Assembly: GCA_964518725.1 (NCBI GenBank)
Contig: CAZFKP010000008.1
Coordinates: 8,197 to 72,196 of the forward strand
Reading direction: 5' to 3'
DNA from: an uncultured Rickettsiales bacterium
Lineage (GTDB): Bacteria > Pseudomonadota > Alphaproteobacteria > Rickettsiales > SXRF01
DNA length: 64,000 bases
Shown here: in pieces, positions 1 to 10,603 of the stretch
Numbering within the stretch: position 1 is the first letter of the stretch
Layout of the letters: each line of letters starts with the position of its first letter
The notes under the pieces: model-generated
Databases searched by the model: none
What the model saw: the letters and a program-made list of their open reading frames with translations, nothing else
What the model was told of the DNA's origin: nothing
Position numbers and translations under genes: made by a program

Positions 1-908
1 ATCCGCCGCTGGCGGATCTGCATGCGGTTGATGTTGACGCTGCGGTTATAAAAATTGAACGACTGCGAAATGATGAACTCGAACGGCAATTGCAAAAACC
101 CATCGAGCAAGCCTGCGGCCGTGGCCGGTGCATATTCCTTGATGCTGACGATGCCGGCGAAGCGCGGCTTCGGCGCGCCGGAAACCTCAATCGCCCGGTC
201 GCCGAAATAGAGCCGGTACATCGGCAGGTTCTGCGCGATGTTATTTGCCGCATAGCGAACCGGATGCGAGAATCCACAATTGACCAGCCGCGAGAGGAAT
301 TCCATCGGCTCGGAAAATACGCCATGCTCGTTCTCGTAGGTGGAAAGCAACCGTGCGCCGTAATCGCGCAGCGTCGCCACCAGCCGATTAGTGACCTCGG
401 TCAACTCTTTCTGGGTATCGCGCATCGCCTGAATCTGCGCCGCTTTGTTGCTCACCTCGGAAGCCTTTTTCAGAAAATGGTGCACCTTGGCAGCGCCCTT
501 AGTATCGGGCTTGCGGAGGACGGTGATATACAGTTCGTTGATGAACGAATCCTTGTGGTCGTGCTTCTCCCGCCAGAGTGCATCGACATAGGCCGGAAAG
601 CCCGGCGGCTGCTTACCGCCCGGATAGGCTGATTGCTTGCGGCGCACCGTGTGGAACCACACGGCGAACGTACCGTCCGCCAGCGATTTCATCAGCGAGT
701 TGCGGACAAGTTTTTTCATGTCCACATCTTCGTCATCCGCTGTCTCGAACGAGAACCCTTCGAGTTTGATGATTTGCAGGAATTCTTTTTTCTTGGTGAC
801 GACGGTTTCCTTATCCCAGTGATAGTCGTAAGGGATGAAGGTGGAGGCAGACACCTCATTCTTCGAGTAAGCGGCTTTTTTGGTGTGTCTGCGTGCGAAT
901 CGTATCAT
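1..908 (-). CDS. virB4: Type IV secretion ATPase VirB4, N-terminal part (gene runs off the window start)
   Basis: The minus-strand frame is open from ATG at 908 to the window edge, so it is absent from the ORF track. My translation starts MIRFARRHTKKAAYSKNEVSASTFIPYDYHWDKETVVTKKKEFLQIIKLEGFSFETADDEDV, which is VirB4/CagE/TrbE-like. It lies 13 nt downstream of virB3. Confidence 0.8.
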   Translation of the reverse strand, partial: MIRFARRHTKKAAYSKNEVSASTFIPYDYHWDKETVVTKKKEFLQIIKLEGFSFETADDEDVDMKKLVRNSLMKSLADGTFAVWFHTVRRKQSAYPGGKQPPGFPAYVDALWREKHDHKDSFINELYITVLRKPDTKGAAKVHHFLKKASEVSNKAAQIQAMRDTQKELTEVTNRLVATLRDYGARLLSTYENEHGVFSEPMEFLSRLVNCGFSHPVRYAANNIAQNLPMYRLYFGDRAIEVSGAPKPRFAGIVSIKEYAPATAAGLLDGFLQLPFEFIISQSFNFYNRSVNINRMQIRQRR

Positions 909-920
909 GGATGGGGGTTC

Positions 921-1217
921 CTAAAACGGGTCATAGGAATTGGTGTAGCCGTGAAAACCACGGTTCAGGCAACGAAACCCTTTATTGATTTTGAGGATGA
1001 ACAGCTCAATCGCGCGCGGCTCTTTGAGGCAGATCAGGTACCCGACAAGATGCACCGTCGGCGCCACGATCAGCAGCATTTTGAAACTCTGCAGATTGAT
1101 GAAGGTGATCATGCTGATGATCGCGTTAATCACGAAATACATATAGCTCACGCCCAGAATCATCGTCGGGCGCGTAAGGCCTTGAAAGAGCGGGTCAGAT
1201 TGTAAACGTCCAGCCAT
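921..1217 (-). CDS. virB3: Type IV secretion protein VirB3
   Basis: 98-aa ORF. DPLFQGLTRPTMILGVSYMYFVINAIISMITFI matches the VirB3 signature plus TM helices, and it sits directly upstream of virB4. Confidence 0.8.
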   Translation of the reverse strand: MAGRLQSDPLFQGLTRPTMILGVSYMYFVINAIISMITFINLQSFKMLLIVAPTVHLVGYLICLKEPRAIELFILKINKGFRCLNRGFHGYTNSYDPF

Positions 1218-1512
1218 AAACGATTCCTATAACAGCTTGTTTAACAAAGGATGAAATTCGCACGCAATATAGTCTACCATGCCAATGTTGCAGTTTTGTG
1301 GCAGTCTGGAAAAACCTGCCGATAAAGAATTCACAAAAACATCATACACATAAGTTAACAATTACTGATATCATTAACCTGTTGTACTTTGTAATTAAGC
1401 TTTTGTTTTTGCTTGAATATAGAGTTATCGGTCGAAATCGGTTCGACCGTTCCTGTTAGGGTGTACCGCGTCTGGTGCACCGTTACCCTTGTTTCTCTGG
1501 AAGGAGAACACA

Positions 1513-1755
1513 ATGTCTCAGTGGTGTCAGTGGGATTACGATTGTGAAACCGCAACCAACTGGAAGATCACGGGAGGCATCATCGCCTTCTGGACCCCAT
1601 TTACATGGGTCATGACAGCCGTCCACAACGAGCCTTTCAACGAGTGGGTGGTTTTCGGGTTCGGGGCATTCTTTCCTGTCGGCGTGGTGGTATTCCTGAT
1701 TGGCGCAGCCAAACGCGCCAGGCTTGGTTCCAGGCCGACTAGTACGGATGACTAG
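1513..1755 (+). CDS. Small hypothetical membrane protein
   Basis: The ORF track gives 1489..1755. GGAAGGAG lies just upstream of the ATG at 1513. The sequence has hydrophobic stretches (IIAFWTPFTWVM, VVFGFGAFFPVGVVVFLIGA) and a hairpin terminator follows. Confidence 0.45.
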   Translation: MSQWCQWDYDCETATNWKITGGIIAFWTPFTWVMTAVHNEPFNEWVVFGFGAFFPVGVVVFLIGAAKRARLGSRPTSTDD

Positions 1756-1778
1756 TCGAACACTCGCTGCCTGAACTC

Positions 1779-1824
1779 GCCTTCCATCGTTTGCCCTCGC
1801 GGCATTCGGTGGAAGGCTTTTTTT
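1779..1824 (+). terminator. Rho-independent terminator candidate
   Basis: GCCTTCCA...TGGAAGGC stem followed by a T7 run. Confidence 0.5.
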
Positions 1825-1865
1825 GCCACTTGCACTCGCCGCGATGACGCCGTAATGAGTGTCGT

Positions 1866-3119
1866 ATGAAAATAGTTATTCTTGGCTCCGGCCTTCTCGG
1901 GGTGACCTCTGCCTATACGCTGGCAAAGCGCGGCTACCAGGTGACAGTGCTCGACCGCCAGCCGGAAAGCGCAGGGGAAACAAGCTTCGCCAACGGCGGG
2001 CAGCTTTCCTATACCCACGCCGAACCATGGGCAAACCCGACCGTCATTCCCAGCCTGCCGAAGTTGATTTTCGACCCGTCCGCGCCGCTGGTGCTCAGGC
2101 CACGCGCCGACTGGCAGATGATGAAATGGGGCACGAAATTCCTGCTGAACTGCATGGAGCACCGGGCGCGGGTCAACTGTGTGAACATTCTCCGCCTTGG
2201 CCTCTACAGCCGCGAGAAAATGGCCGAATTGCGCGCCGATACCGCCATCGAATTTGATTTCTCCCCCCGCGGCATCCTGCATATTTTCAGCAATAAAAAA
2301 AGCTTCGACCATGCGAAAGGACATGCCGAATTCCAGGCACGCTTCGGTGGCGACGAGCACATCCTCACTACCGAAGAAGTGTTCGCGCTGGAGCCTGCGC
2401 TGCGCGCCACCAGCCGCACCATCATCGGCGGCATGCACGCGCATCAGGATGAAAGCGGCGACGCCCACACATTCTGTAATGCACTGGCCAGGCACATCAC
2501 TGAACGTTTCGGCGTCACGTTCCTTTATAACACCACCATTGAGTCGTTCGTTCGTGACGGCGACCGCATCACCGCCGTTAAAACCAGCAGCGGCGAAATG
2601 GAAGCCGATGGTTTCGTGATGGCGATGGGCTCCTATAGCCCGCTATTGCTTCGCCCGCTTGGGATCGACGTGCCGATCTACCCGATGAAAGGCTACTCCA
2701 TCACCCTGCCCGCCAACGAGCATTGCCCACAGATGAGCCTCACCGACGGCACTTATAAAATCGTCTACAGCCGGCTGGGCAACCGCCTGCGTATCGCCGG
2801 CACCGCCGAATTCGCCGGGCATAACTCCGCCATCCGCGAGCGGCGCATCAGGCCGATCATCAAGGCAGCGCGCACCCTGCTGCCAGGTGCCAACTGGGAC
2901 GGTGACATCGATCGCTGGGCATGCCTGCGTCCCTCAACGCCGGACGGCCCGCCGATTATCGGCAAGACGCCGTACTCCAACCTGTTCCTCAACACCGGCC
3001 ACGGCACGCTGGGCTGGACACAAGCCGCCGGCAGCGCTACGCTGCTCGCTGACATCATGGACAACAAGCCGCCGGAAATCATCACCGCCGGCCTAACGCT
3101 GGAGCGTTACCTTGCATGA
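1866..3119 (+). CDS. dadA: FAD-dependent D-amino-acid dehydrogenase
   Basis: 417 aa. N-terminal dinucleotide-binding motif MKIVILGSGLLGVTSAY and overall DadA-like sequence (ETSFANGGQLSY, GHGTLGWT). Confidence 0.85.
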   Translation: MKIVILGSGLLGVTSAYTLAKRGYQVTVLDRQPESAGETSFANGGQLSYTHAEPWANPTVIPSLPKLIFDPSAPLVLRPRADWQMMKWGTKFLLNCMEHRARVNCVNILRLGLYSREKMAELRADTAIEFDFSPRGILHIFSNKKSFDHAKGHAEFQARFGGDEHILTTEEVFALEPALRATSRTIIGGMHAHQDESGDAHTFCNALARHITERFGVTFLYNTTIESFVRDGDRITAVKTSSGEMEADGFVMAMGSYSPLLLRPLGIDVPIYPMKGYSITLPANEHCPQMSLTDGTYKIVYSRLGNRLRIAGTAEFAGHNSAIRERRIRPIIKAARTLLPGANWDGDIDRWACLRPSTPDGPPIIGKTPYSNLFLNTGHGTLGWTQAAGSATLLADIMDNKPPEIITAGLTLERYLA

Positions 3120-3757
3120 ACGGTTTCAAGGAGCTTCTTTATGACTGGATGGGCGGCAACGAGGTCATCTTCCTCGCCATCAACCACCTGCGCGGCGCTG
3201 ATTATGACCGGCTGATGCGGACGATTTCATGGCTTGGCGACCATGAGCGCTTTCCCCTCTATCTGTTGATTATTGCCGTCTATGTGCTGTTCGCATTGTG
3301 CAAAAAAACCATCTTCTCGGAACGCGGGAAATGGTTTTACACTACAGGCTGGATCGGTGTGTTCGCCGTACTGCTGTCAGGTTACGCAGTCACCGGCGCA
3401 GTGACCTATGGGCTGAAAGAAGCTGCCTCGATGCCGCGACCCTATGTTGCGCTCGCCGGGAAAGAAACCGTCTATAAGCTGGAAGCCACCGAGCGAGAGG
3501 ATGACTACCGCAGCTTCCCCAGCGGCCATGTGATGTTCACCGCCTTCATGCTCACCGCGCTTGCGCCGATGCTCAGCAGCTTCCTACAAGCATGCGGCCT
3601 GACATTCCTGCTGCTCGTGGCGTGGTCACGCGTGTCACTTGGCATGCATTTTCCCTCCGACGTGCTCGCTGCGATCCTGATTATGCCACCGCTCATCTCC
3701 ATCCTGCGCTTTTATGTGTACAAGCTGCTGCGGATGCTGTTCGGCATCAAATGCTAG
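3116..3757 (+). CDS. PAP2-family phosphatase (membrane)
   Basis: 213 aa with PAP2 motifs SFPSGH and SRVSLGMHFPSDV, several TM helices, and a 4-nt overlap with the dadA stop. Confidence 0.8.
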   Translation: MNGFKELLYDWMGGNEVIFLAINHLRGADYDRLMRTISWLGDHERFPLYLLIIAVYVLFALCKKTIFSERGKWFYTTGWIGVFAVLLSGYAVTGAVTYGLKEAASMPRPYVALAGKETVYKLEATEREDDYRSFPSGHVMFTAFMLTALAPMLSSFLQACGLTFLLLVAWSRVSLGMHFPSDVLAAILIMPPLISILRFYVYKLLRMLFGIKC

Positions 3758-4587
3758 CAACCCTCGCCCTGCCCGACGGCACCGCTTGCCAGCTTGCTTA
3801 CCACAGCTGGGGCGCAGCGGAATCCAGCCGCATATTGTTCTGTGCCCACGGCCTCACCCGCAACGGCATGGATTTTGAGAAACTCGCAAAATCCGCGACC
3901 ACGCAAGGGTTCCGCATCATCGCGCCTGACATGCCAGGGCGCGGCGCCAGCCCAGCACTTGCCAACCCGGCACTGTATAACAACGTTGTCAACGCCAGCC
4001 TGTGCGCGCAATTGCTGGCACAGCTCGGCATCCGGCAGGTCGATTGGATCGGCACCTCCATGGGCGGTATGATCGCCATGCTGGTTGCCAACCAGTTTCC
4101 CAGCGTGATAAAAAAACTGGTGTTGAACGATGTCGGTTGCGTCATTACTAGCGCCTCGCTGGAACGCATCGGCGAGTATGTCGGCGTGAATCCATGGCTG
4201 CCGACACGCGCCGAAGCCGAGGCGGCGCTTAAGCTCCGCACCGCTGGCTTTGGCATTCCGGAACAGGAATGGGCGGGCTTCGCCGAACACAGCATCACGC
4301 AATCCGAACATGGCTACCGGCTGGCATATGACCCGGCGATTGCGCTCGGATTCGCTGCGCTGGAGCCCATGGCCGACATCCTGCTCTGGCCGTTATGGGA
4401 AGCGGTGAAGCTGATTCCTACCCTGCTTATCCGCGGCGAGCATTCCGATTTACTAACCGAGGAAACCGCGCAGACGATGCAGCACACCCACCCGGCGCTC
4501 ACCCGTTATAACGTGCCGAATGTCGGCCACGCCCCGGCGCTCCTGACCGACGCCGAAATCATCACGGTGCTTGGATTTTTGCAATAA
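3751..4587 (+). CDS. Alpha/beta-fold hydrolase
   Basis: The ORF track starts at 3592, but the ATG at 3751 overlaps the upstream stop (ATGCTAG). It has an HGLTRNG oxyanion region and a GTSMGG nucleophile elbow. Confidence 0.75.
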   Translation: MLATLALPDGTACQLAYHSWGAAESSRILFCAHGLTRNGMDFEKLAKSATTQGFRIIAPDMPGRGASPALANPALYNNVVNASLCAQLLAQLGIRQVDWIGTSMGGMIAMLVANQFPSVIKKLVLNDVGCVITSASLERIGEYVGVNPWLPTRAEAEAALKLRTAGFGIPEQEWAGFAEHSITQSEHGYRLAYDPAIALGFAALEPMADILLWPLWEAVKLIPTLLIRGEHSDLLTEETAQTMQHTHPALTRYNVPNVGHAPALLTDAEIITVLGFLQ

Positions 4588-5395
4588 TATCGGATTCAAT
4601 CAGCACACGGATTCTTGCTGCCACCGTATCATTCTTTGCTACGTAGCCCAGCGGCGTAATGTGCTCAACAAAGGTGACAAGCCCGCCGATATTAGTCATA
4701 AAGATTTCATCGGCACCGGCCAGCTCGGCCAGAGTATAGCGCCCTTCCTTCACCGGCAACGGTGACAAGCCAATCACTTTCTTTCGCACCGTACCGGGCA
4801 CAAAAGGAAGCGATGGTTCCGGCGTGTGCAGCACATTATCTTTCACCCAGAAAATATTGCCCGACGCGGTTTCGCAAATATGCCCATCGGTATCGAGGAT
4901 GAGCGCATTCTCGCAACCATTCTCCCGCGCCTCCATCATCGCAAGCGTATAGAGCATGGCGCTGTTCACTTTGCAGGGAAGCTTCAGGTGCGCCCGCCGT
5001 TCACTCGCCCACAGATTAATCTTGCCATAAGCAGGGAAAGGTCTTTCCACCGTCTGCACCACTAAAAGCGGCGCACATTCCCCCGGCATGTAACCGATCG
5101 CCACTGCGCCATTCTCCCCACGCGAAACGATGATGCGTACATAGCCGGATTGGCAGTTGTTTTTGGCGATCAGCGCAGTGCAATTTGCTGCCAGCCCAGA
5201 AATATCAAGCGGAATGCAGAAATAATCGAGTCCGTTTTTCAGCCGTTCAAAATGCGCGAGCGCATCCCACATCCGGCCATTCACCACTAAAATCGTCTCG
5301 AATATCCCGTCGCCGAAACGGAAACTTCGGTCATCGGCAGTGATAAACGCGGCATCCGCCGGCAGGAATTGATTTTGCGTGTAAATAAATTGCAT
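4562..5395 (-). CDS. Class IV aminotransferase (aminodeoxychorismate lyase / D-aminotransferase-like)
   Basis: 277 aa. DRSFRFGDGIFET and the overall fold-type IV PLP pattern support the call. Its 3' end overlaps the convergent hydrolase gene by 26 nt. Confidence 0.7.
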   Translation of the reverse strand: MQFIYTQNQFLPADAAFITADDRSFRFGDGIFETILVVNGRMWDALAHFERLKNGLDYFCIPLDISGLAANCTALIAKNNCQSGYVRIIVSRGENGAVAIGYMPGECAPLLVVQTVERPFPAYGKINLWASERRAHLKLPCKVNSAMLYTLAMMEARENGCENALILDTDGHICETASGNIFWVKDNVLHTPEPSLPFVPGTVRKKVIGLSPLPVKEGRYTLAELAGADEIFMTNIGGLVTFVEHITPLGYVAKNDTVAARIRVLIESDIIAKIQAP

Positions 5396-5498
5396 ATTGG
5401 CAAAAATAATTGGTTAATTCCTCTTAAAAATCCATTGGCCGTCATCTTATTGTCATAATTTTATAATAGAATGATAGGAAATTCATTCGGAGACTTGC

Positions 5499-6626
5499 AT
5501 GAAAAAACATTTTATTGCAAACGCCAGCTTAATTGTTGCCCTTACATTTTGCAATGTAGCTCAAGCAGCTAATAGCTACGAACTTACATCAGTCGGTGCT
5601 TTTACCGCTCCCATAAATTCAGGACTCTGTGCCTACACAGTTCAAGTCATGGATAGGAAAAGCCGTGTTGTTTACGAAACAGTTTCTTTCGCGTCTAACC
5701 CTGTGTGGCAAGGCTGGTACGGCGGAGGATTTTCAGAAATATGCCGGAATGAATGCAATCAATCTGCTGAGCGCCTAGCTTCCCAAGTCAAAGACCAAAT
5801 TATTAATAAAGATCGTACAGCCGATGTAAAGATCGTAATTGCGACATGCGATTCAAGTAAAGTTCCGCCTCTTACACCTTTACCATCACCACCACCTTCG
5901 CCGCCAACTTCGCCGTCTAATAAATCATGTAAGGTCAGTGCAACCGGGACATTTAACCAAGAAACCAGACAATGTAACGTGACTTACTCCGGCAATAAAG
6001 GCAGTGGCATGACCGCCACATACAATGTGGCATCGCTTTCCGAATGTGTGACTGAGTGTAAAGGCCAACTTGCCGGGTTGCGGCAGGGAACCTACACGTC
6101 GAAATATATATGCGAACAGCCAGCATCAGTCAGTGCCGATGACAGCGCATGCAACAACATCAAAACCATAGGTACGCCGCCACCACCGGCACCGCCACCT
6201 CCACCTGCCTGTAAAATCGAAAACAGCACTATCATGGGCAGCTTCAACAGCAAAACCGGCCTGTGCACCCTGCTGACCGATTGCCCGGGTAAATATGTGA
6301 GCCAGCAGGAGAGCAACATCGCCTATCTCGGCCGCCTGAGTGAAACGCAGTGCAAAAATTATTGCAACAACTTAGGCAAGCGTTGCGTCTTCGGGTCGAC
6401 GGATGGTTATACGCCGCCAGGGACAACCCCTGCAAACCCAACAACTTGCGATTCGGCGACGTCGGATGCCGCAGCCATCTACACCAAGGCCGACAGCATG
6501 TGCAAGATCGTATCCAGCTGCCAAGGCACGGTGCTGGCAAACATCAAGGTTGGCAATTTCAGCGCCTGCAACAGCTACTGTAAAGAGAGCTGGACAGGTA
6601 AATGCAAAAGCATTAGCCAGCAATAA
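5499..6626 (+). CDS. Secreted modular Cys-rich / Pro-rich repeat protein (hypothetical)
   Basis: 375 aa with signal peptide MKKHFIANASLIVALTFCNVAQA. Four Cys-patterned modules are separated by Pro-rich linkers (PPLTPLPSPPPSPPTSPS, PPPPAPPPPPA, YTPPGTTPANPTT), and a terminator follows. Confidence 0.6.
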   Translation: MKKHFIANASLIVALTFCNVAQAANSYELTSVGAFTAPINSGLCAYTVQVMDRKSRVVYETVSFASNPVWQGWYGGGFSEICRNECNQSAERLASQVKDQIINKDRTADVKIVIATCDSSKVPPLTPLPSPPPSPPTSPSNKSCKVSATGTFNQETRQCNVTYSGNKGSGMTATYNVASLSECVTECKGQLAGLRQGTYTSKYICEQPASVSADDSACNNIKTIGTPPPPAPPPPPACKIENSTIMGSFNSKTGLCTLLTDCPGKYVSQQESNIAYLGRLSETQCKNYCNNLGKRCVFGSTDGYTPPGTTPANPTTCDSATSDAAAIYTKADSMCKIVSSCQGTVLANIKVGNFSACNSYCKESWTGKCKSISQQ

Positions 6627-6640
6627 TCCACCTGATTTTA

Positions 6641-6673
6641 AAAACCCCGGCCCTAAAAAGCCGGGGTTTTTTA
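6641..6673 (+). terminator. Rho-independent terminator
   Basis: AAAACCCCGGC-loop-GCCGGGGTTTTTT. Confidence 0.75.
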
Positions 6674-6708
6674 TTGGCAATCGGCAGGCAAAGCTGTAGT
6701 AACAGCGA

Positions 6709-7416
6709 ATGCATAAATTCGCCAACCCCACCCGTTTCATCCGGCTTGCCGATACGTTACTCCCGTGGCTCACGGTCGCGTGCCTTGCGCTGCTGGCGCT
6801 GGGTCTGTGGCAAGCACTCATCGTCTCGCCACCGGATTATCAGCAGGGCGACAGCGTGCGGATCATGTATGTGCACGTGCCGGCAGCGTGGATGTCAATG
6901 GCGGTCTATAGCGTCATGGCGCTCGCAAGCGCGGCATTCCTCGTCTGGCGGCATCCGCTGGCAGATATAGCCGCCCGCACAAGTGCCCCCCTGGGTGCAG
7001 CGTTCACGCTGATTACACTCATCACCGGCTCGCTCTGGGGCAAGCCAATGTGGGGCACATGGTGGGCATGGGATGCTCGGCTTACCTCGGTACTGGTGCT
7101 GTTTTTCCTTTATGTCGGCTATATCGCGCTGGCCGATAGCGTCGCCCATGACGAGCGCGGCAAAAAAATCTGCGCCATCCTCGCGCTGGTCGGGTTCGTG
7201 AATATCCCAGTGATCCGCTTCTCGGTGGAGTGGTGGAATACGCTGCACCAGCCCGCCAGCATCATCCGCGAAGGCGGCATGAGCATCGACGCATCCATGC
7301 TGGCGCCGCTGTTCCTCATGGCAGCCGCCTTCCACCTGCTCTTTCTTGTGCTGCTGCTGGTACGCATGAAAACCGCGCTGATCCAGCAAAAAATACGGCG
7401 AATGCAGCTTAGTTGA
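6709..7416 (+). CDS. ccmC: Heme exporter protein C (cytochrome c maturation)
   Basis: 235 aa with the WGxxWxWDxRL tryptophan-rich motif (WGKPMWGTWWAWDARLTS) and multiple TM helices. Confidence 0.9.
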   Translation: MHKFANPTRFIRLADTLLPWLTVACLALLALGLWQALIVSPPDYQQGDSVRIMYVHVPAAWMSMAVYSVMALASAAFLVWRHPLADIAARTSAPLGAAFTLITLITGSLWGKPMWGTWWAWDARLTSVLVLFFLYVGYIALADSVAHDERGKKICAILALVGFVNIPVIRFSVEWWNTLHQPASIIREGGMSIDASMLAPLFLMAAAFHLLFLVLLLVRMKTALIQQKIRRMQLS

Positions 7417-7482
7417 GCCTTGCAAAACATGTGCTCATCCGCTATAGAGCGACTCTCAACCCATGAACGTGAATAGTTGCCC

Positions 7483-7821
7483 ATGACCTTTGTTGTTACC
7501 GACGCCTGTATCAAATGCAAATATACCGACTGCGTGGAAGTCTGCCCGGTGGACTGCTTCTACGAAGGCGAAAACATGCTCATCATCAACCCCGACGAAT
7601 GCATCGATTGCGGGGTGTGCGAGCCGGAATGCCCGGCAGAAGCCATCGTTCCGGAATCCGACTCAGTGCTGAAATGGGTGGAGCTTGCCCGCGAATACGG
7701 GGCAAAATGGCCAAACATCTCCGCGAAAAAACCCCATGCGGCCGATGCCGATGATTTCAAAGGTATCGCCGGGAAATTTGAAGCACATTTCAGCCCGAAT
7801 CCGGGTGATGGTACGAAGTGA
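7483..7821 (+). CDS. fdxA: 7Fe ferredoxin
   Basis: [29 protein letters not shown]...[16 protein letters not shown], the classic FdxA cluster motifs. The ORF track starts two codons earlier at 7477. Confidence 0.9.
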   Translation: MTFVVTDACIKCKYTDCVEVCPVDCFYEGENMLIINPDECIDCGVCEPECPAEAIVPESDSVLKWVELAREYGAKWPNISAKKPHAADADDFKGIAGKFEAHFSPNPGDGTK

Positions 7822-10592
7822 CACAGGCGCCAGCAAGCCTCGCGAATTCCCCCTACCTCACCCAGCTTTCAACGCGCTATCCTGCAATTTATGAACGTGC
7901 GGCCAGCGAGCCGATCGACGCACTCGTTAAGGCCGAATGTTTTTCGCTCCCGGCCGAGTTCGCATCACAGGATGCGCTCATGCGCGAGCTGCGTATCGCC
8001 AAGAATAAGCTCGCCCTGCTAGTCGCACTCGCCGACCTTGGCAATAGCTGGCCGCTGGAACAGGTCACCCAGACTCTCTCGGACTTTGCCGACTACACCC
8101 TATCGCACGCACTGGATTTCTTGTTACGGCAGGCCGCCGCGCGCGGTGAAATCACGCTGCCGGACAAGACACGGCCAAGCCACGGCTCCGGCATCATCAT
8201 ACTTGGCATGGGCAAGCTCGGCGGCTTCGAGCTGAATTACTCCAGCGATATCGACCTCATCATCTTCTTTGAACCCGGCACCCTAGCCTATGCCGGCCGC
8301 GGCAGCGAACAGAAATTCATGAACAAGATCGCGCAGGACATGGTCACTATCATGCAGGAGCGCACCACCGACGGCTACGTGTTCCGCACCGACCTGCGCC
8401 TGCGCCCTGACCCGGCCTCCACCCCGCCGGCCATCACCGTCACCGCCGCCTACCAATATTATGAAAGTGTTGGCCAGAACTGGGAGCGCGCTGCCATGAT
8501 CAAGGCGCGGCCGGTCGCTGGAGACATCACAGCCGGCGACCGTTTCCTGCACGGGCTTACGCCCTATGTCTGGCGCCGCAACCTCGATTTTGCCGCCATC
8601 AACGACATCCACTCCATCAAGCGCCAGATGGATGCGCGGGTCGAACGCACCATTCGCATGCCCGGTCATAACATCAAACTCGGCATGGGCGGCATCCGCG
8701 AAATCGAGTTTTATGTACAAATCCACCAGCTCATCTGGGGGGGCAGGAAACCATCGTTGCGGCTGCGCGGCACCTGCGAAACGCTGGCGCAACTCGTGGC
8801 GGAGGGAATCGTCGATGAAGAGACCCGCGCCACGCTGGTGGCAAGCTACCGCTTCCACCGCATGGTCGAGCATCGGTTGCAAATGGTAAACGATGCCCAA
8901 ACCCATACGATGCCGGAAACCGAAGCCGAGCTTACCGGAGTCGCTGCACTTGCCGGATACAAAGAATTATCGTTGTTTGAAAATGATTTAATTAGATATC
9001 TTAAAGTTGTGCACAAGATATTTTCGGAGTCATTTAAAAGCGCGGATGATTTGGGCGATATTGGAAATCTGGTGTTCACCGGTGTCAGCCACGACCCCGA
9101 AACCATCAAGACCCTCACCCAGATGGGCTACCAGAAGCCCGAAAGCGTCTCTGAAATTATCATGGGCTGGCACCATGGCTCCAAGCGCTGCACCCGCACC
9201 AAACGCGCCCGCGAGCTGCTTACTGAGTTGATGCCGACCCTGCTCACCCGCCTCGCCGACACCGCCAACCCAGACACCGCCTTCCTGAAGTTCGATGAAT
9301 TCCTCACCGACCTCCCCGCCGCCATCCAGCTATTCTCGTTATTCCAAGCCAACAAAGACCTACTGGAGCTGATCGCCGACATCATGGGCAGCGCCCCGGC
9401 GCTCGCCAACACGTTGGCCAAATCGCCGGAATTGATCGAAGCGGTGCTATTCGCTGATTTCTATAAAGGCCTGCCGGACAAACAGGCTCTTACCGAACAG
9501 GCCGCCGAGCGCACCGCTTACGCCAGCGATACCGAAGAAATGCTGGAACAGCTGACCTACTTCCGCAACGAACGCCAGTTCCAGGCCGGTGTGCAATTTC
9601 TAAAAGGCATGATTGATCCGAAGGAACTGGGACGTTTCCTCACCGATCTGGCCGAACTGGTCATGGAACGTGCATTAGCCGCCGTGCAAGGAGAGTTCGA
9701 GAAAACCTATGGCCGGATTGCCACCGCCGAATTCGCCGTCATTGCACTCGGGAAATGCGGCAGCCACGAACTGACCTTCCACTCTGACCTCGATTTGGTA
9801 TTCATCTACCGCGTCGATGATTTCGAGACACTGTCAGACGGCGAAAAGCAGCATAATGCCAGCGTCTATTACAACCGGCTGGCACAGCGACTGGTCAATG
9901 TCCTGTCGGCACTGAACCGCGCGGGCATGCTCTATGAGGTGGACACGCGCCTGCGTCCATCCGGCAAGCAGGGGCTACTCGCCGTTAGCGACAAGGCGCT
10001 CGATCACTATTTCCGCGAGCTGGCCTGGACATTTGAAACCATGGCCTTCACCAAAGCGCGCCCGATCGCCGGGGATGCACCGCTGTGCGATAGCCTGTCC
10101 AGCTTCATCCGCACACTGATCGAAAAGCCGCGTGACACTGCAAAGCTCACCACCGATGTGCAGGAGATGCGGCAGCGGATGGCAGAAAGCTTCCACACCA
10201 CCAACCCGTGGGACATTAAATACGCCCGTGGCGGCATGGTCGATGTTGATTTCATCGCGCAATATTTGCTGCTCCTGCACGCACCAGGCCACCATGGCGC
10301 ACCGCTGGGCAGCAGCGAGCTCATCCTCCAATGGTACGTCACCGCCAACCTCCCCGGTGCAGACATGGTAGAGTCGGTGATCGCAGCCAACCAGTTCCTT
10401 TCCCAGCTGTTCAATATGCTGCGCCTGTGCATCAACACCCCACTCGACGAGCAGGCCGCCCAGCCGGGGTTGAAGAAAATACTGTGCAAAACCTCAAAAA
10501 CAGTCGATTTCACCGAATTGGGTGAGCGGCTACGGACGCTTGAAGAATCGGTATATCGTGCCTATATTGCCCTTATCGTCCCACCATCATAA
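7818..10592 (+). CDS. glnE: Bifunctional glutamine synthetase adenylyltransferase/adenylyl-removing enzyme
   Basis: 924 aa with two nucleotidyltransferase halves ([19 protein letters not shown] and [20 protein letters not shown]). Confidence 0.9.
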   Translation: MTQAPASLANSPYLTQLSTRYPAIYERAASEPIDALVKAECFSLPAEFASQDALMRELRIAKNKLALLVALADLGNSWPLEQVTQTLSDFADYTLSHALDFLLRQAAARGEITLPDKTRPSHGSGIIILGMGKLGGFELNYSSDIDLIIFFEPGTLAYAGRGSEQKFMNKIAQDMVTIMQERTTDGYVFRTDLRLRPDPASTPPAITVTAAYQYYESVGQNWERAAMIKARPVAGDITAGDRFLHGLTPYVWRRNLDFAAINDIHSIKRQMDARVERTIRMPGHNIKLGMGGIREIEFYVQIHQLIWGGRKPSLRLRGTCETLAQLVAEGIVDEETRATLVASYRFHRMVEHRLQMVNDAQTHTMPETEAELTGVAALAGYKELSLFENDLIRYLKVVHKIFSESFKSADDLGDIGNLVFTGVSHDPETIKTLTQMGYQKPESVSEIIMGWHHGSKRCTRTKRARELLTELMPTLLTRLADTANPDTAFLKFDEFLTDLPAAIQLFSLFQANKDLLELIADIMGSAPALANTLAKSPELIEAVLFADFYKGLPDKQALTEQAAERTAYASDTEEMLEQLTYFRNERQFQAGVQFLKGMIDPKELGRFLTDLAELVMERALAAVQGEFEKTYGRIATAEFAVIALGKCGSHELTFHSDLDLVFIYRVDDFETLSDGEKQHNASVYYNRLAQRLVNVLSALNRAGMLYEVDTRLRPSGKQGLLAVSDKALDHYFRELAWTFETMAFTKARPIAGDAPLCDSLSSFIRTLIEKPRDTAKLTTDVQEMRQRMAESFHTTNPWDIKYARGGMVDVDFIAQYLLLLHAPGHHGAPLGSSELILQWYVTANLPGADMVESVIAANQFLSQLFNMLRLCINTPLDEQAAQPGLKKILCKTSKTVDFTELGERLRTLEESVYRAYIALIVPPS

Positions 10593-10603
10593 AGGAGCCT
10601 CCC

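Noticed and set aside
3592-3750. 53-codon extension of the alpha/beta hydrolase ORF
   Set aside because: It overlaps the PAP2 gene in another frame. The ATG at 3751 gives the classic ATG/stop overlap, and the hydrolase homology starts there.
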